64,000 nt of DNA from Eledone cirrhosa (GCA_964016885.1 OZ024740.1:242916001-242980000), one strand, 5' to 3'; counted from the stretch's first letter, positions 1 to 12,615 are shown. Notes: generated by a model not told the origin, from the sequence alone. Program-made: numbers and translations.

Positions 1-820
1 GTGCTATAATATCTTTTGTATCATCCATAATCTAATCAATTATCATGAATGATTTCTATTGTTTTAGAAATATGAACAATGGACGCCTCAGTAAAAACAA
101 ATGGATTAATTCAATGTAAACGTCCATACAGAGATTTTTTAGCATGAATTTAATCTAATCTGTCTGCTAGACAGATTTAATATTTCTTTGTATCAATAAA
201 GTATTGTTTTTCATCTTAAGTTGGGGATGACCCTAAAGTTAAATGTATTATTTCTTGAAAAGCTTTAAAGCGATGAGTGTATATGAATTTTCGTAAAATT
301 GTAGTATTGTTAGTGTGAAGGGAACACAGCTGTATACTATATGTACAGTAAAAAATCAGGTTAAGATATAACCTCATATCGAATGGAAAATGGAGAAAAA
401 GGAAGAAAGAGAGTCTAAAGCATAAGATGAGAAATGAGATGGTTATAGAGAGAGAGAAGGGAAGAGGAGAAGAAAAAAAGCAGGAACGATATTGATGGAG
501 CAGGACTTATGGAGGATTATGAAAAAGGATGGAGAAAGTAAACTAATAAGAAATTGAATTTTAGCACCATATGAATTATCAGCTTCCATCAAGATTAACA
601 TAATTTCTTGCGGGAGAGGAAGGACTATGTATAGAATTCTTGCCCGTGCAACAGGACTTAAATTTCTGTTCTTCTGATGCTGGAATAGGGGAATAAGAGA
701 GCAGTGGGGCATGTCCAAGCTAAGCCATGGTCAGCAAGAAAAGAAGCTGTCAGGTATGCTGAAGGAAACAGCAGCAGCAGCAGCAGGTGACAAGAAAGCA
801 GAAGTAAAAGTAGCAGTAGT

Positions 821-1325
821 GGCAACAAGGGAGGTGATAGTGGGAGAAACAAAAATAGATAGAGAAGGGGGGAAGAGAAAGAGAGACAAAATAGGTATAT
901 AGATAAAGATATAAAGAGTTACCTGTTTCTGGAACCATATCAATTCAATTTAGAAAGCTAAAATGGTTCAAATTATGAATGTAAACATTAATTAAAAAAG
1001 TTTGAAGTGTTGAGTGTAAATGAATTTTTGGTTATATCTTAAACCGACTTTTTACTACACATATAGTATCCAACTGTGTACCCTTCACACTGAGAATGCT
1101 ACAATTTTATGAATATTCATATACACTCATCACTTCAAACCTTTTCAATTAATGTTTATATATATAATTTGAGTCATGTTGGCCTTCTAAATCAAACGGA
1201 TATGGTGCCAGGGACTCATAACTCTTTATATCTTTATCTATCTACCTATTTTGTCTCTCTTTCTCTTAAACCCCCTCTCTATCTATTTTTGTTTCTCCTG
1301 CTATTGCCTCCCTTGTTGTTACCAC
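821..1325. repeat. Fold-back pair of an unclassified repeat (821-1028 vs 1110-1325 inverted); a third partial copy at 261-373 is the reverse complement of 1030-1140
   Basis: ATAGGTATATAGATAAAGATATAAAGAG (891) vs CTCTTTATATCTTTATCTATCTACCTAT (1221); GTGTGAAGGG..TTAAGATATAACC (314-373) vs GGTTATATCTTAA..CCCTTCACAC (1030-1090). Confidence 0.85.
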
Positions 1326-1506
1326 ATTATGCAATTTAGACTGGCCATTTCATTTATTTCCTACATTTATTTCCTACATCCTGCATCGCAGAATCATAGA
1401 GTTAGTTATTTTCAGATGAAGTGACAATGATCTCTGAAATGCATAAAGGTAATGTGTTGAAAGGAAATATTAGAATCTGTTTATACTTCATTATTTTCCC
1501 AGACTA

Positions 1507-1695
1507 GGACGGTGGATTGGTAGTATCAGTAGAGGGTCGGGTGCCATGCTTTGCAGCAAAGAGTTACGGCCCTTTATGGTCTGAGTTCAAATCCCGCCGA
1601 GGTTAACTTTGCCTTTCATTCTTACGAGGTCGATAAAATAAAGTACCAGTAATGCACTGGGATAATTGTCGGCCTTGTGCCAAAAGTAGAAATAA
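1507..1695 (+). mobile_element. tRNA-headed SINE with Meta/MESC-like central domain (Octopus OR1-like), full length
   Basis: B-box GAGTTCAAATCC, central GCCTTTCATyCTTACGrGGTCGATAAAATAAAGTACCAG, end GGCCTTGTGCCAAAAGTAGAAA; TSD ATTATTTTCCCAGAC at 1490 and 1695. Confidence 0.85.
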
Positions 1696-1709
1696 TTATT
1701 TTCCCAGAC

Positions 1710-1875
1710 CAGAGGATTGGCAGTATCGGTAGAGGGTCGGACGCCATGCTTTGCAGCATTGAGTTATGGCGTTTTATGTTCTGAGTTCAAATCCCACCGA
1801 GGTTAACTTTGCCTTTCATCCTTACGGGGTTGATAAAATAAAGTACCAGTAATGCACTGGGATAACTGATCGACT
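1710..1875 (+). mobile_element. Second Meta-like SINE copy in tandem
   Basis: Same head, B-box and central domain as 1507-1695. Confidence 0.8.
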
Positions 1876-2257
1876 ATTATTATGGCCATTTCAAATTTCA
1901 GATTAAATATGTATTCAATATTTTATGTATGAGAAATTGCATCTAAAATTCATGTTTTGGATAACTTTCTTACTTTTGATAAATCATTCATTCTCTTTCT
2001 TAAATTCTCTCTCTTTCAGTCTAAAAACATACCCATTGTTTTTGCCATAAGTGTAATGGAAAACATCCCAAAGATATTAGCAGTGTGTCTCAAAGTTAAA
2101 TTCATTTCTAGTTTTGACAATTCTGTCAAAAGTAATCAAATTATTTCTTATGAATTTTTATGAAGTAAACCAGTTTAGAAAAGGCAAACTTTCTGAAATG
2201 GACTTTATTACAAACTTTAGAATAAATAGCTATTTACATTTGATATGACAGACTCAC

Positions 2258-2470
2258 TATCATTTAATATCGTTTTTCATGCTTGTATGAGTTGGACAAG
2301 TCATCACAGACTGTCAGTACTTAATCAGAGTTACTGTCCTCCTGGATAGGCCAGGATTCAGATCCCACATACATTCTGATTTTGGCATGGTTTCTACAGC
2401 TAGATAACATCAACCAATTTACAGAGTGTATTGGACACCAGAGTATATCGTGGCACCAGAATCTTGACAC
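2258..2470 (-). mobile_element. Decayed SINE body with RTE-type tail
   Basis: CATTTAATATCGTTTTTCATGCTTG..TTTCTACAGCTAGAT similar to the reverse complement of 48900-49180. Confidence 0.55.
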
Positions 2471-2661
2471 AACTGAAGAGTTCTCCTAACTCTAGATTAT
2501 ATTACTCCACAGTTTCTGACATTTGTGTTTGAAAAAGTAAGGCGTTTTACCAATATAAGAAATCAATATTTAGAAAATATTGATTTGTTAATAGCAGGAA
2601 GTTGACAGAAATGGTAGCAGACCAGATTAAATATATTGTAAGCAATAACAGTCAGACTATG

Positions 2662-2702
2662 CTTTGCTAATGAGGTCTAATAAGAGCTAAACATATCCAG
2701 AG
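2662..2702 (+). ncRNA. Degenerate minimal type-I hammerhead-like motif
   Basis: CTTTG-CTAATGA-GGTCT AATA AGAGC-TAAA-C AT ATC-CAGAG: stem I/core/stem II/GAAA/short stem III order with about 4 substitutions. Confidence 0.45.
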
Positions 2703-2772
2703 TTATCACTGTATTTTGATTACATAAAATTTTGAGGTTGTCTCTTCAGCCTTGTCTCATTGGCTGAAACTA

Positions 2773-2940
2773 CCGTATTTCCCACCGCCGAAGATGCTTC
2801 GTCCTCAAGGACGCACCCTAATTTTGATAACCAAAAATTTGAAAAAAATTAATAAACAACCTTTGGCCTCCAGGACGCATGGTAGATTTTTGAAACTTAT
2901 TTTAGGAAAAAAGTAGTGCCTTCGATGCCAGGAAATATGG
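2773..2940. mobile_element. Tc1/mariner-pogo type MITE
   Basis: TA|CCGTATTTCC ... GGAAATATGG|TA: TIRs and TA TSD. Confidence 0.8.
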
Positions 2941-3029
2941 TATGTCATCATTAATTTCAATTTCTCCTTGTCTCTACATTTGGCTTTAAGTCACTAAAGG
3001 AACTTATTTATCTTTGACCAAGTTGTGTA

Positions 3030-3250
3030 TAGATGATGATTGTTGGAGTTTGAAGTGCTAAGATAGCCCAGTGGAAGGAAGATGAAGTAGAAGACCAAGG
3101 AAGACCTGAGCAGAGTTAGTGAAAGCTGATCTTAAGTCACTGAACCTCAGAGGAGATGACGAAGGAATGCAGTGAGTGGATGGAAGGTGTGTTGGAAAAG
3201 ACTCATCCAATCCATGCAAGCATAGAAAAATGGATATATGAGGAGGAGGA
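3030..3250 (+). mobile_element. Decayed RTE LINE 3' fragment
   Basis: GTGGAAGGAAGA..AGACCAAGGAAGACCTG (GRPRKTW-like) and tail CATGCAAGCATAGAAAAATGGA. Confidence 0.7.
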
Positions 3251-3499
3251 TCACATACATGTCTGTGTGTCCATTAACACCATCACTTAACAATTGGTAC
3301 AGTTTATGTTTCATAACTCAGAAGTTCAACAAATAGAGATCAATAAAATTAGTATTGGACTAAAAGATATGCAAATGGTCAACTATATTATTGAAGATAG
3401 TGCCACAGTATGGCTACAGTCAAATGTCTGAAATCAGCAAAAGAATAAAGACATCTATATTTACCACCAAAACTATTGACATTTCATCTATCCTGTCAT

Positions 3500-3538
3500 C
3501 TCTCTCTCTCTCTCTCTCCCCCCCCCCCCTCTCTCTCT

Positions 3539-3576
<38 letters not shown>

Positions 3577-3585
3577 TCTCTCTCT
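3500..3585. repeat. (CT)n microsatellite with C run
   Basis: Direct read. Confidence 0.95.
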
Positions 3586-5669
3586 GGTAAAGGATTCTGT
3601 CAGAAATGTTAGATTCCATTGATTCCATTGTTTAAACTATTTGTGTTACATCACTAGATCCTTCAGATTCTATTGTTTTACTCTATTTAAGTTGGTTGGC
3701 CTGTTAATATAGCATTCAAATATTTCTGAGAATAAATATCATTCTTTGTGTAATTTGTTCTTGTACAAGAGGAAGTTACCAAACTAATGTCAATTTTCCC
3801 TTGGTAACTATTGTCTCTCCTTTCCCTTTTCTCTATTATGAAACAGATGTTCAGTATGTTGCACATAGGATTTTAAGAAAGGGTTCTTTAATTAAAAGCA
3901 AAAGATTATATATATTTGAGCAATGCAACTTCTAAAAATTTGCTTACAATTTGATCCACACATTTTAGTTCAAAATCCTTGTTTTGGTTTGAAAATCAAA
4001 TCAATTATGAAGTTCAATGAAACCATATATATGATAAAATTTATTCAAAGTATCTAGTTATGACCCTGTGCATTTTGACTACATATTCACCAGAGCTGAG
4101 CTTATCTTTCATACCCCTAGGGTCAATGAAATAAGTACTAGCAAAGTATTGTGGTTGATTAATTCAGCTTTACTTTCTCATGCTACAAATGTCTCACACT
4201 GTGCTAATGTAGGAAATCATTATTAGTATGCAATTCTTGTTGACAGTTTGGTTTAGGATTCGATGAAACCATTTCATTTCACGTGTATTACTTAATGTTG
4301 TTATGAAAGACATGGTCACTGCACAACAATTGTTAATGTTTCTCTTACCACAGATCAATATAATCCAAGACCAGCTGTATAAACCTTGCAGAAAACTAAA
4401 AAGAAGACAAAATTATTTTGACATTTAAAAACATTTCTTACTATCACTTTGGAATAACAAATCAGTGTTAGTGAATAAGAATGTTTTAAAATGTATTTTG
4501 ATTCTAATTTCTTATTAAGATTTATAATGCATTCTGAATGTTTGGAAATTCTTTCTCTTCTAAGAATTCATCATTAGTTTCAATTTCTCTTTGTTTCTAC
4601 ATTTGGCTTTAAGTCACTAAAGGAAACTATTTATCTTTGACCAAGTTGTGTAAATCCAATTAAATTCTTGATTTAACAAAGTGCTATATTCTAAATGCAA
4701 CTCTTTCCCTAATTTTATTAAGCAAGTGTGAATCACAACAAAGTATTCTCTATTGCATTATCAGCCATATTTGTCTTTGTTCTATACAAGCTAAATTAGA
4801 TTGCATTATTATGTAACAACACTTGGCAAGTGCCATAGAGCAAACAGTAAGCTTCCAGCAAGCTGAATCCATAATTCAGCTTCAATTTATGTTTGAAGCA
4901 TTTTCACTTCATTTGTACAGCTAATAATCATGGGAAAGGTATGGATATCACATAATCTTACTCCTATCAGTAAAAAGAAGGAATTTGTCCAGCTAAAGAC
5001 TGTAGAGACTTAGCAGAAATTATGTATATATTTTTTTTATTGTTGTTTAGGAGGAAGAGCAAAGACCATGGCTCTTTTCAAATCCTTGAAAACTGGTAGG
5101 AGGGAGTGTGTGTGTGTGTTGGGGGCATTCTCAAACTTGAGTGGATTACACTAAAAGCACCTGAGAGTCAAGTGGTGTTTAACAAAATGATGAATTAAGT
5201 CTACTACACAAGTAAGCCATAGCAGACCTGCTCTATCAGAGCTAACCTGATACCAAACAACAGAAACAACAGAAGTGTCATGCTAATTTTCCCTGAAAGA
5301 TTTGTTAAGGATACTGTGAAATACTTAGGCTCACTATAATTCAAGGACTGGATAGTTCTATGAATCAAACAACTGCGAATTGAATCAATGTGGGTGCAAG
5401 CTAAGAAAATTAGTAAAAATACCCTGATTTCTGAGATATGAATTATATTTTGTGACCTCACATCACAATAATTCTTATTTTTTATGGTTTTGTCATGATT
5501 ATTTTCCCCCATAAAGGACATAATTTTATTTGAAATTTCTTGGCTCACTATATTAACTCACTTATGACCCTATTTCTAACCAGAATATATATACTGCCTT
5601 TGTGTTTTAATTATCAATTTCAGAATAAAAGACAAATATTGAAATCTAATATTTTCTAGCATGTAATAA

Positions 5670-5772
5670 CTGTTTCTATTTTAGGCACAAGGCCAGCAAT
5701 TATCCAGTACATTACTGGTAGTTTATTTTATCGACCCCGTAAGGATGAAAGGCAAAGTTAACCTCGGCCGGA
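5670..5772 (-). mobile_element. 5'-truncated Meta-like SINE
   Basis: Reverse complement of the SINE 3' half; TSD TTTCTAGCATGTAATAA at 5653 and 5773. Confidence 0.85.
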
Positions 5773-6250
5773 TTTCTAGCATGTAATAATGAAGCTGATT
5801 TCAGTGGAGGTGGGGGTTGGGGTTAACATTTCAATATTAGTGACAACCTTACCTGTTGTATTCATAGCAGAAACACTTAACTTTTAAGAATCAGAGGTCA
5901 CCTAGCTTTAAATCTTAGCATTTAGTAGAATGTATTTTAAAACAGGTTTGTAAATTAAAATGTTTTCAGCTGGTGGACAAAATTTGCAGTAATAGATAGA
6001 CTAAAGACTTTGATTTTTAATATGATACAATCATATTGTGGTTTCATGTGGTAAAGGACATTAAGAGTGGTCTTTTTCACTGTTGGCAACAGTGACAGCA
6101 CTATAGAACTGTTGAGTATTCCTTTAGCTTGCATTTTCTCTGCCCAGTTCTTATCACAGAAAATGCTACTTTTTTAGCTCCAAGTCAGCCCTGATTTAGC
6201 AGACCTATGGTCAAAGACATTACCAGTATGACTGAACTATCATTATGTAT

Positions 6251-6356
6251 CAAATCCTGCCGAGGTTGACTTTGCCTTTCATCCTTACAGGGTCGATAAA
6301 ATAAAGTACCAGTAATGCACTGGGTAATTGCTGGCCTTGTGCCTAAAGTAAAAATA
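6251..6356 (+). mobile_element. 5'-truncated Meta-like SINE nested in an older repeat
   Basis: SINE 3' half; TSD ATTATGTAT at 6242 and 6357. Confidence 0.85.
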
Positions 6357-6430
6357 ATTATGTATATTAGTGGCTAAATTATCCAATGCAGCATTCCTTT
6401 AAAAAAGGTGGGGATTTGAAAGAGATTTAA

Positions 6431-6652
6431 CCCTTTGGCATTTAAACCGGTTGTATCCGGCCAGAATTATTTCCACCTTTTGAAACTGGCTGTAACCAGC
6501 AGCTCACACTCACGTTAAGATATCGTTCATAAAATAAACAATAACATCATCAAAATCTCCTAGACTCAAGATTTTGTGAGATAATTATGTGAGATAAAGC
6601 CTTTACCTTGAATATACAATAGTAAATATAGAGTGATATAAATACTAAAGGG
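6431..6652. mobile_element. piggyBac-type MITE
   Basis: TTAA|CCCTTTGGCATTTA ... TAAATACTAAAGGG|TTAA. Confidence 0.85.
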
Positions 6653-6779
6653 TTAATTATTATTCCTAGTGGATTAAGTGACACTATAGGAACCTCCATA
6701 TCAGCTCATGTGATAGACCAATGTTGTATCCCGGGTGAGGGAGGTTCTCTCTTTAACTTTATGCTATGTTCTTATTGTT

Positions 6780-7000
6780 ACTGTTGTTGTTTAGCTCTAT
6801 GTCAGCTCTGATCAAGTTGATTTGTTATCAAAGACATTCAAACACTACACTGCTCTGACTTTATTTTCTCCTGGCTGAGTTTACTTCCAGATGACATTAT
6901 CCAATATGGCATCTCATTCTTTCTTTTCAAAGATTTTAGGGTGTGGTTTCAGTGAGTTTTAAGTTGCTACTTCTAGCATTTCAAGTGAGACTCTCCATTG
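6780..7000 (-). repeat. Old dispersed SINE-like repeat; other copies at about 5195-5260, 6170-6710 (interrupted twice), 61570-61790 and 63060-63240
   Basis: Shared GTCAGCyCTGAT..AGACCTATG.TCAAAGACATT and GCTAyTTCTAGCA blocks. Confidence 0.55.
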
Positions 7001-7228
7001 GCTTGTTTCAGCACGTATAGTAGAATTGTACACCATCTGTATCGTTAGATTGTTTTTTGTTGTTCAGAAAGGAATAGGTTATTTCTTTTTTACACATCAT
7101 AGTCAGACACATAAAGAAAATTGCTATTCAAGGAAGAAATTTAGTTATCCAAAACAAAAAAAGGCTATGATTTAGTGAACCATTCTAATATATTATTATA
7201 AAATATTCAGTGCAACATTGTAAATAAA

Positions 7229-7338
7229 ATAATTCTTTCTACTTTAGGCACAAGGCCAGCAATTCACCAGTACATTACTGGTACTTTATTTTATCGACCC
7301 CATAAGGATGAAAGGCAAAGTTAACTTCGGCGGGATTT
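7229..7338 (-). mobile_element. 5'-truncated Meta-like SINE
   Basis: TTCTACTTTAGGCACAAGGCC..ATGAAAGGCAAAGTTAAC. Confidence 0.85.
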
Positions 7339-7461
7339 ATAATATTCCATAGCAACACTTCAATGATTTATATTACTTCAGTTACTATCACAAACATCAT
7401 CATCATCATCACCATTTTGACAACCAACATTACTATCAATATCATTATTATCATCAACATC

Positions 7462-7644
7462 GGTGGATTGGCAGTATCGGTAGAAGGTCGGACGCTATGC
7501 TTTGACGTATAGAGTTACGGCCCTTGCCATTCTGAGTTCAAATCCCGCCGAGGTTAACTTTGCCTTTCATCCTTACGGGGTCGATAAAATAAAGTACCAG
7601 TAATCCTCTGGGTAATTTCTGGCCTTGTGCCGAACGTAGAAACA
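7462..7644 (+). mobile_element. Meta-like SINE, full length
   Basis: 18-bp TSD ATTATTATCATCAACATC at 7444 and 7645. Confidence 0.9.
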
Positions 7645-8060
7645 ATTATTATCATCAACATCATTCACTATCATCGCTACCAATAATGTCATCACCACAA
7701 TCACAACCAACAATATCATCAATACCAATACCACCACTAGTGCCATCTTCAGGACCAACATCAACATCATCACCACTATCATTGCCACAATCACAACCAA
7801 TGTAACCATAAGTACCATCAACCCCACTAGTAACACTACCAATACCATCTTCACAACCAACATTAACATCACTGCGACCCTCAATTCAATCATCATCACA
7901 ATCATAATGGATATAACTATCAGCATCATTAAAAACACTAATACAACCTTCATCACACACAATACAATCACCCCTACCAATACCATCATCACAACCAACA
8001 ACAACATCATCACCACTATCAAAACTATCATCATCACACTCACAACTAATATAACTATCA

Positions 8061-9840
8061 GTATCATAGCCAACACCAATACCATCACTACTCTAAACAT
8101 AACCATCAACGCTACAAATACTACCACAACAAACACCAATGCCATCACTACTCCAAACATAACCATCAACCACACCAATACCACCACAACCAACACCAAT
8201 ACCATCACTACTCCAAACATAACCATCAACCACACCAATACCACCACAACCAACACCAATACCATCACTACTCTAAACATAACCATCACCCCCACTAATA
8301 CCACCACAACCAACACCTATACCATCACTACTCCAAACATAACCATCACCCCTACTAATACCACCACAACCAACACCAATACCATCACTACTCCAAACAT
8401 AACCATCACCCCTACTAATACCACCACAACCAACACCAATACCATCACTTCTCCAAACATAAAGATCACCCCCACTAATACCACCACAACCAACACCAAT
8501 ACCATCACTACTCCAAACATAAACATCACCCCCACTAATACCACCACAACCAACACCAATGCCATCACTACTCCAATCATAACCATCACCCCTACTAATA
8601 CCACCACAACCAACACCAATACCATCACTACTCCAAACATAAACATCACCCCCACTAATACCACCACAACCAACACCAATACCATCACTACTCCAAACAT
8701 AACCATCAACCACACCAATACCACCACAACCAACACCAATACCATCACTACACCAAACATAGCCATCACCCCCACCAATACCACCACAACCAACACCAAT
8801 ACCATCACTACTCTAAACATAACCATCACCCCTACTAATACCACCACAACCAACACCAATACCCTCACTACTCTAATCATAACCATCACCCCTACTAATA
8901 CCACCACAACGAACACCAATACCATCACTACTCCAATCATAACCATCACCCCTACTAATACCACCACAACCAACACCAATAGCATCACTACTCCAACCAT
9001 AACCATCACCCCTACTAATACCACCACAACCAACACCAATACCATCACTACTCCAATCATAACCATCACCCCCACTAATACCACCACAACTACCACCAAT
9101 GCCATCACTACTCCAATCATAACCATCACCCCTACTAATACCACCACAACCAACACCAATACCATCACTACTCCAAACATAACCATCAACCACGCCAATA
9201 CCACCACAACCAACACCAATACCATCACTACTCCAGAGATAACCATCAACCCCACTAATACCACCACAACCAACACCATCACTACTCCAATCATAACCAT
9301 CACCCCACTAATACCACCACAACCAACACCAACACCATCACTACTCCAATCATAACCATCACCCCTACTAATACCACTACAACCAACACCAATACCATCA
9401 CTACTCCAGAGATAACCATCACCCCCACTAATACCACCACAACTACCACCAATACCATCACTACTCCAATCATAACCATCACCTCTACCAATACCACCAC
9501 AACTAACACCAATAGCATCACTACTTCAAACATAACCATCACCCCTACTAATACCACCACAACCAACACCAATACCAACACTACTCCAAACATAACCATA
9601 ACCCCTACAAATACCACCACAACCAACATAACCATCACCCCTACGAATACCAAACAAAACCATCACCCCTACTAATACCACCACAACCAACACCATTACC
9701 ATCACGACTCGAAACATAACCATCACTCCCACTAATACCACCACAACCAACACCAATACCATCACTACTCCAAACATAACCATCACCCCTACGAATATCA
9801 CGACAACCAACACCAATACCACCACAACTAACATCAATAT
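8061..9840. repeat. 60-bp minisatellite (about 20 in-register units to about 9270, then indel-bearing units)
   Basis: Unit AACCATCACCCCTACTAATACCACCACAACCAACACCAATACCATCACTACTCCAAACAT repeats with exact 60-nt period. Confidence 0.95.
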
Positions 9841-10835
9841 CATCACCACCAACACCACCAACACCACCAACACCATAATCACCACCAACACCACCAACAC
9901 CACCAACACCATAATCACCACCATCACCACCATCACCACCAACACCACCATCACCACCAACACCACCAACACCACCAACACTACCAACACCATCACAAAC
10001 ACCACCAACACCACCAACACCACCAACACCACCAACACCAGCATCACCACCATCACCAACACCACAAACACCACCATCACCACCATCACCACCAACACCA
10101 CCATCACCACCAACACCACCAACACCACCAACACCACCAACACCACCAACACCATAATCACCACCATCACCACCATCACCACCAACACCACCATCACCAC
10201 CAACACCACCAACACCACCAACACCACCAACACCACCAACACCATCACCACCATCAGCCCTATCACCACCAACACCATCATCAGCCCTATCACCATCAAC
10301 ACCACCAACACCACCAACACCACCATCACCATCAACACCACCAACACCACCAACACCACCATCACCACCAACACCACCATCACCACCAACACCACCAACA
10401 CCACCAACACCACCAACACCATCACCACCATCAGCCCTATCACCACCAACACCATCATCAGCCCTATCACCATCAACACCACCAACACCACCAACACCAC
10501 CATCACCATCAACACCACCAACACCACCAACACCACCATCACCACCAACACCACCAACACCACCAACACCACCAACACCACCAACACCATCACCACCATC
10601 AGCCCTATCACCATCAACACCACCAACACCACCAACACCACCATCACCATCAACACCACCAACACCACCAACACCACCATCACCACCAACACCACCATCA
10701 CCACCAACACCACCAACACCACCAACACCACCAACACCACCAACACCACCAACAGCCCCCTCACCACCATCACCACCAACACCACCATCATCACCACCAA
10801 CACCACCATCATCACCACCAGCACCAACACTACTA
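9841..10835. repeat. 9-bp tandem repeat (ACCACCAAC/ACCACCATC) with higher-order blocks
   Basis: Direct read; marker ATCAGCCCTATC recurs at about 10252, 10280, 10430, 10457, 10598. Confidence 0.9.
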
Positions 10836-11364
10836 TCACTACCATATACCCTGCCATTAATGTCACCTACACCCACCAAGCTTAATTATTTTTAATTTCT
10901 CTCTTTCTCTGTTGGTCAGACCTTCTCTCTCTCTCTCTCTTTCTCTGACAGTCAGTTCTTGTCCCCCCCCCCTCTCTCTCTATCTCTATCTCTCTCTTTC
11001 CCTCTCTCTTCAGATTACCATGCTTCTCATCAAACTTTCAGTTCCCTAATTATACATAACAAATAATTAAAAATCATTAATTTATTTGAGACTGTCTTTA
11101 ACCCATCCATACCAAAGGTAGAAGCATTGATGAGGTTACTGCTGATGAGGTTGTTCTTGTTGTTTTTGTTATTGTTGGTGGTGATGGTGGTAAGAATAAT
11201 GATGCTGCAGTAATTATATTTCTGCTGTTCATTCTCTCTTTTTTGTCTGTCAGAGTCTAAACTATGAGAGTTGGCTGAAAAGATATTCTCAAATGAAGTT
11301 TATTTTTCAACATTGTCCCTAGAAAGAAGCAATGCAGTTATTAATAAGAAGAGTTGAAATTAAT

Positions 11365-11421
11365 TGTTTCTTCGTTAGTCACAAGACCAGCAATAACCAG
11401 TGTATTACTGGTACTTTATTT
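11365..11421 (-). mobile_element. Extremely 5'-truncated Meta-like SINE
   Basis: SINE tail only; 20-bp TSD TAAGAAGAGTTGAAATTAAT. Confidence 0.8.
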
Positions 11422-11479
11422 TAAGAAGAGTTGAAATTAATGCAGGCAAGATTTCACGGTTGTAGCATCGCTCCCTCAT

Positions 11480-11690
11480 AGTCAGCTTATGAACTTTTCA
11501 GCTAACCCTCGTATGTTGGTTAATTCTAAGTCGCTCTCTAGACTGGAGGCTCATCGGGCTGGTGTTTATCCCAGTTTCCATGGCATTAAGTGACTGAGAG
11601 TACAATACTCTCCACCTGGACAGGACACCATTCCATCGCAGGGTTAAACTCCCACCCTTACTCGGTAAGTGACTGAGGCCTGGAATCTTG
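11480..11690 (-). mobile_element. Mariner-MITE terminal fragment (11480-11513) followed by a SINE 3' fragment
   Basis: GTCAGCTTATGAACTTTTCAGCTAACCCTCGTA matches the 39460-39492 TIR; CCTGGACAGGACACCATTCCATCGCAGGGTTA resembles a widespread invertebrate SINE 3' domain (recalled). Confidence 0.55.
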
Positions 11691-11822
11691 TCAACTATTA
11701 AAAATATAAAATATACATATATAAATGGCAGATTATACATCCATGTGTATCTGTAAATATGCATTTACTTATATGCCTATGTACATGCACGCATTTGCAT
11801 GTTTATGATATATATATATGTA

Positions 11823-12098
11823 CGGGAGAGGAGACTGAGGTGGTATGGACATGTGATGCGCATGGAGGATGACCGATGGGTGAAGAAGTGGCAGGAAATG
11901 CCAGTTGAAGGAAGACGTGGTAGAGGTAGACCACGAAAAACATGGGCAGAGGTGGTGAGAACAGACCTCAGATCATTGAAGCTCACGGTGGAGATGACGA
12001 AGGACCGTGACAAGTGGAGAGATGCTGTGCTGAATAAGACCCGTCCCACCCTTGCAAGCAGGGAAAAGCGGACGTAAAATGATGATGATGATGATGAT
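11823..12098 (+). mobile_element. Young 5'-truncated RTE LINE end with (GAT)n tail
   Basis: ORF RERRLRWYGHVMRM..GRGRPRKTW..RDKWR..EKRT* directly followed by (GAT)n; preceded by (TA)n. Confidence 0.9.
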
Positions 12099-12114
12099 GT
12101 ATGATATAGATATA

Positions 12115-12522
12115 TATGACATGATAAAAAGCACCCAGTCCACACTGTAAAGTGGTCGTTTTGGTGACTTGATAAAAAGTATCCAGTCCACACGGTAAAT
12201 ATGGTTGGCATTAAGAAACCAGGCCAGAAACAGTTCTGTAATGGCAAGACAGTTATCTCATATGACATGTCTCCTAATGGGACAACTCATCTAGCCCATG
12301 CTGGCGCGGAAATATGGACATTAAATAGTGATGATGATGATACTGTAGTCCAACCCTTGCTGGCAAAAATATATATAAATATATATAAATTTACAGTCCT
12401 CGTCAGAGCAAGCTACAGCATGACCAACTCTGGCCACACTTGCCTCCGGGCATGGACAACACGTCTAACCCATGCAAGTATGGAAAAATGGACGCTAAAC
12501 AGTGATGATTATAATGATGATG
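12115..12522 (+). mobile_element. Two headless SINE-body/RTE-tail fragments
   Basis: AAAAGCACCCAGTCCACACTGTAAAGTGG, GGTTGGCATTAAGAA, CCATGC..GGAAA.ATGGAC.TAAA..(GAT)n twice. Confidence 0.7.
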
Positions 12523-12525
12523 ATA

Positions 12526-12615
12526 TAATAAAGAGTGAGAACCCGATGGCTGAGCTCTTGCCATTTAGTTGTTTAAATGGCAAAAGCTAAGCCGTCGGGC
12601 CCCGACTCTTTATAA
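12526..12615. repeat. About 85-bp imperfect palindrome (mini foldback element)
   Basis: TAAAGAGT..CCCGATGGCTGAGCTCTTGCCATTTA / TAAATGGCAAAAGCTAAGCCGTCGGG..ACTCTTTA. Confidence 0.85.

Noticed and set aside
711-902. 63-aa ORF MSKLSHGQQ..
   Set aside because: Low-complexity purine-rich sequence overlapping a dispersed repeat; no domain or splice support
8061-9270. Regular 60-bp periodicity as a CRISPR-like array
   Set aside because: No unique spacers, no cas genes, eukaryotic context
9526-10879. Gly/Val/Asp-rich ORFs resembling structural proteins
   Set aside because: Minus-strand reading of a 9-bp tandem repeat that lacks stops by composition
11142-11165. CTGATGAG as hammerhead core (also 51929, 60340 minus, 61941)
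   Set aside because: No stem II followed by GAAA
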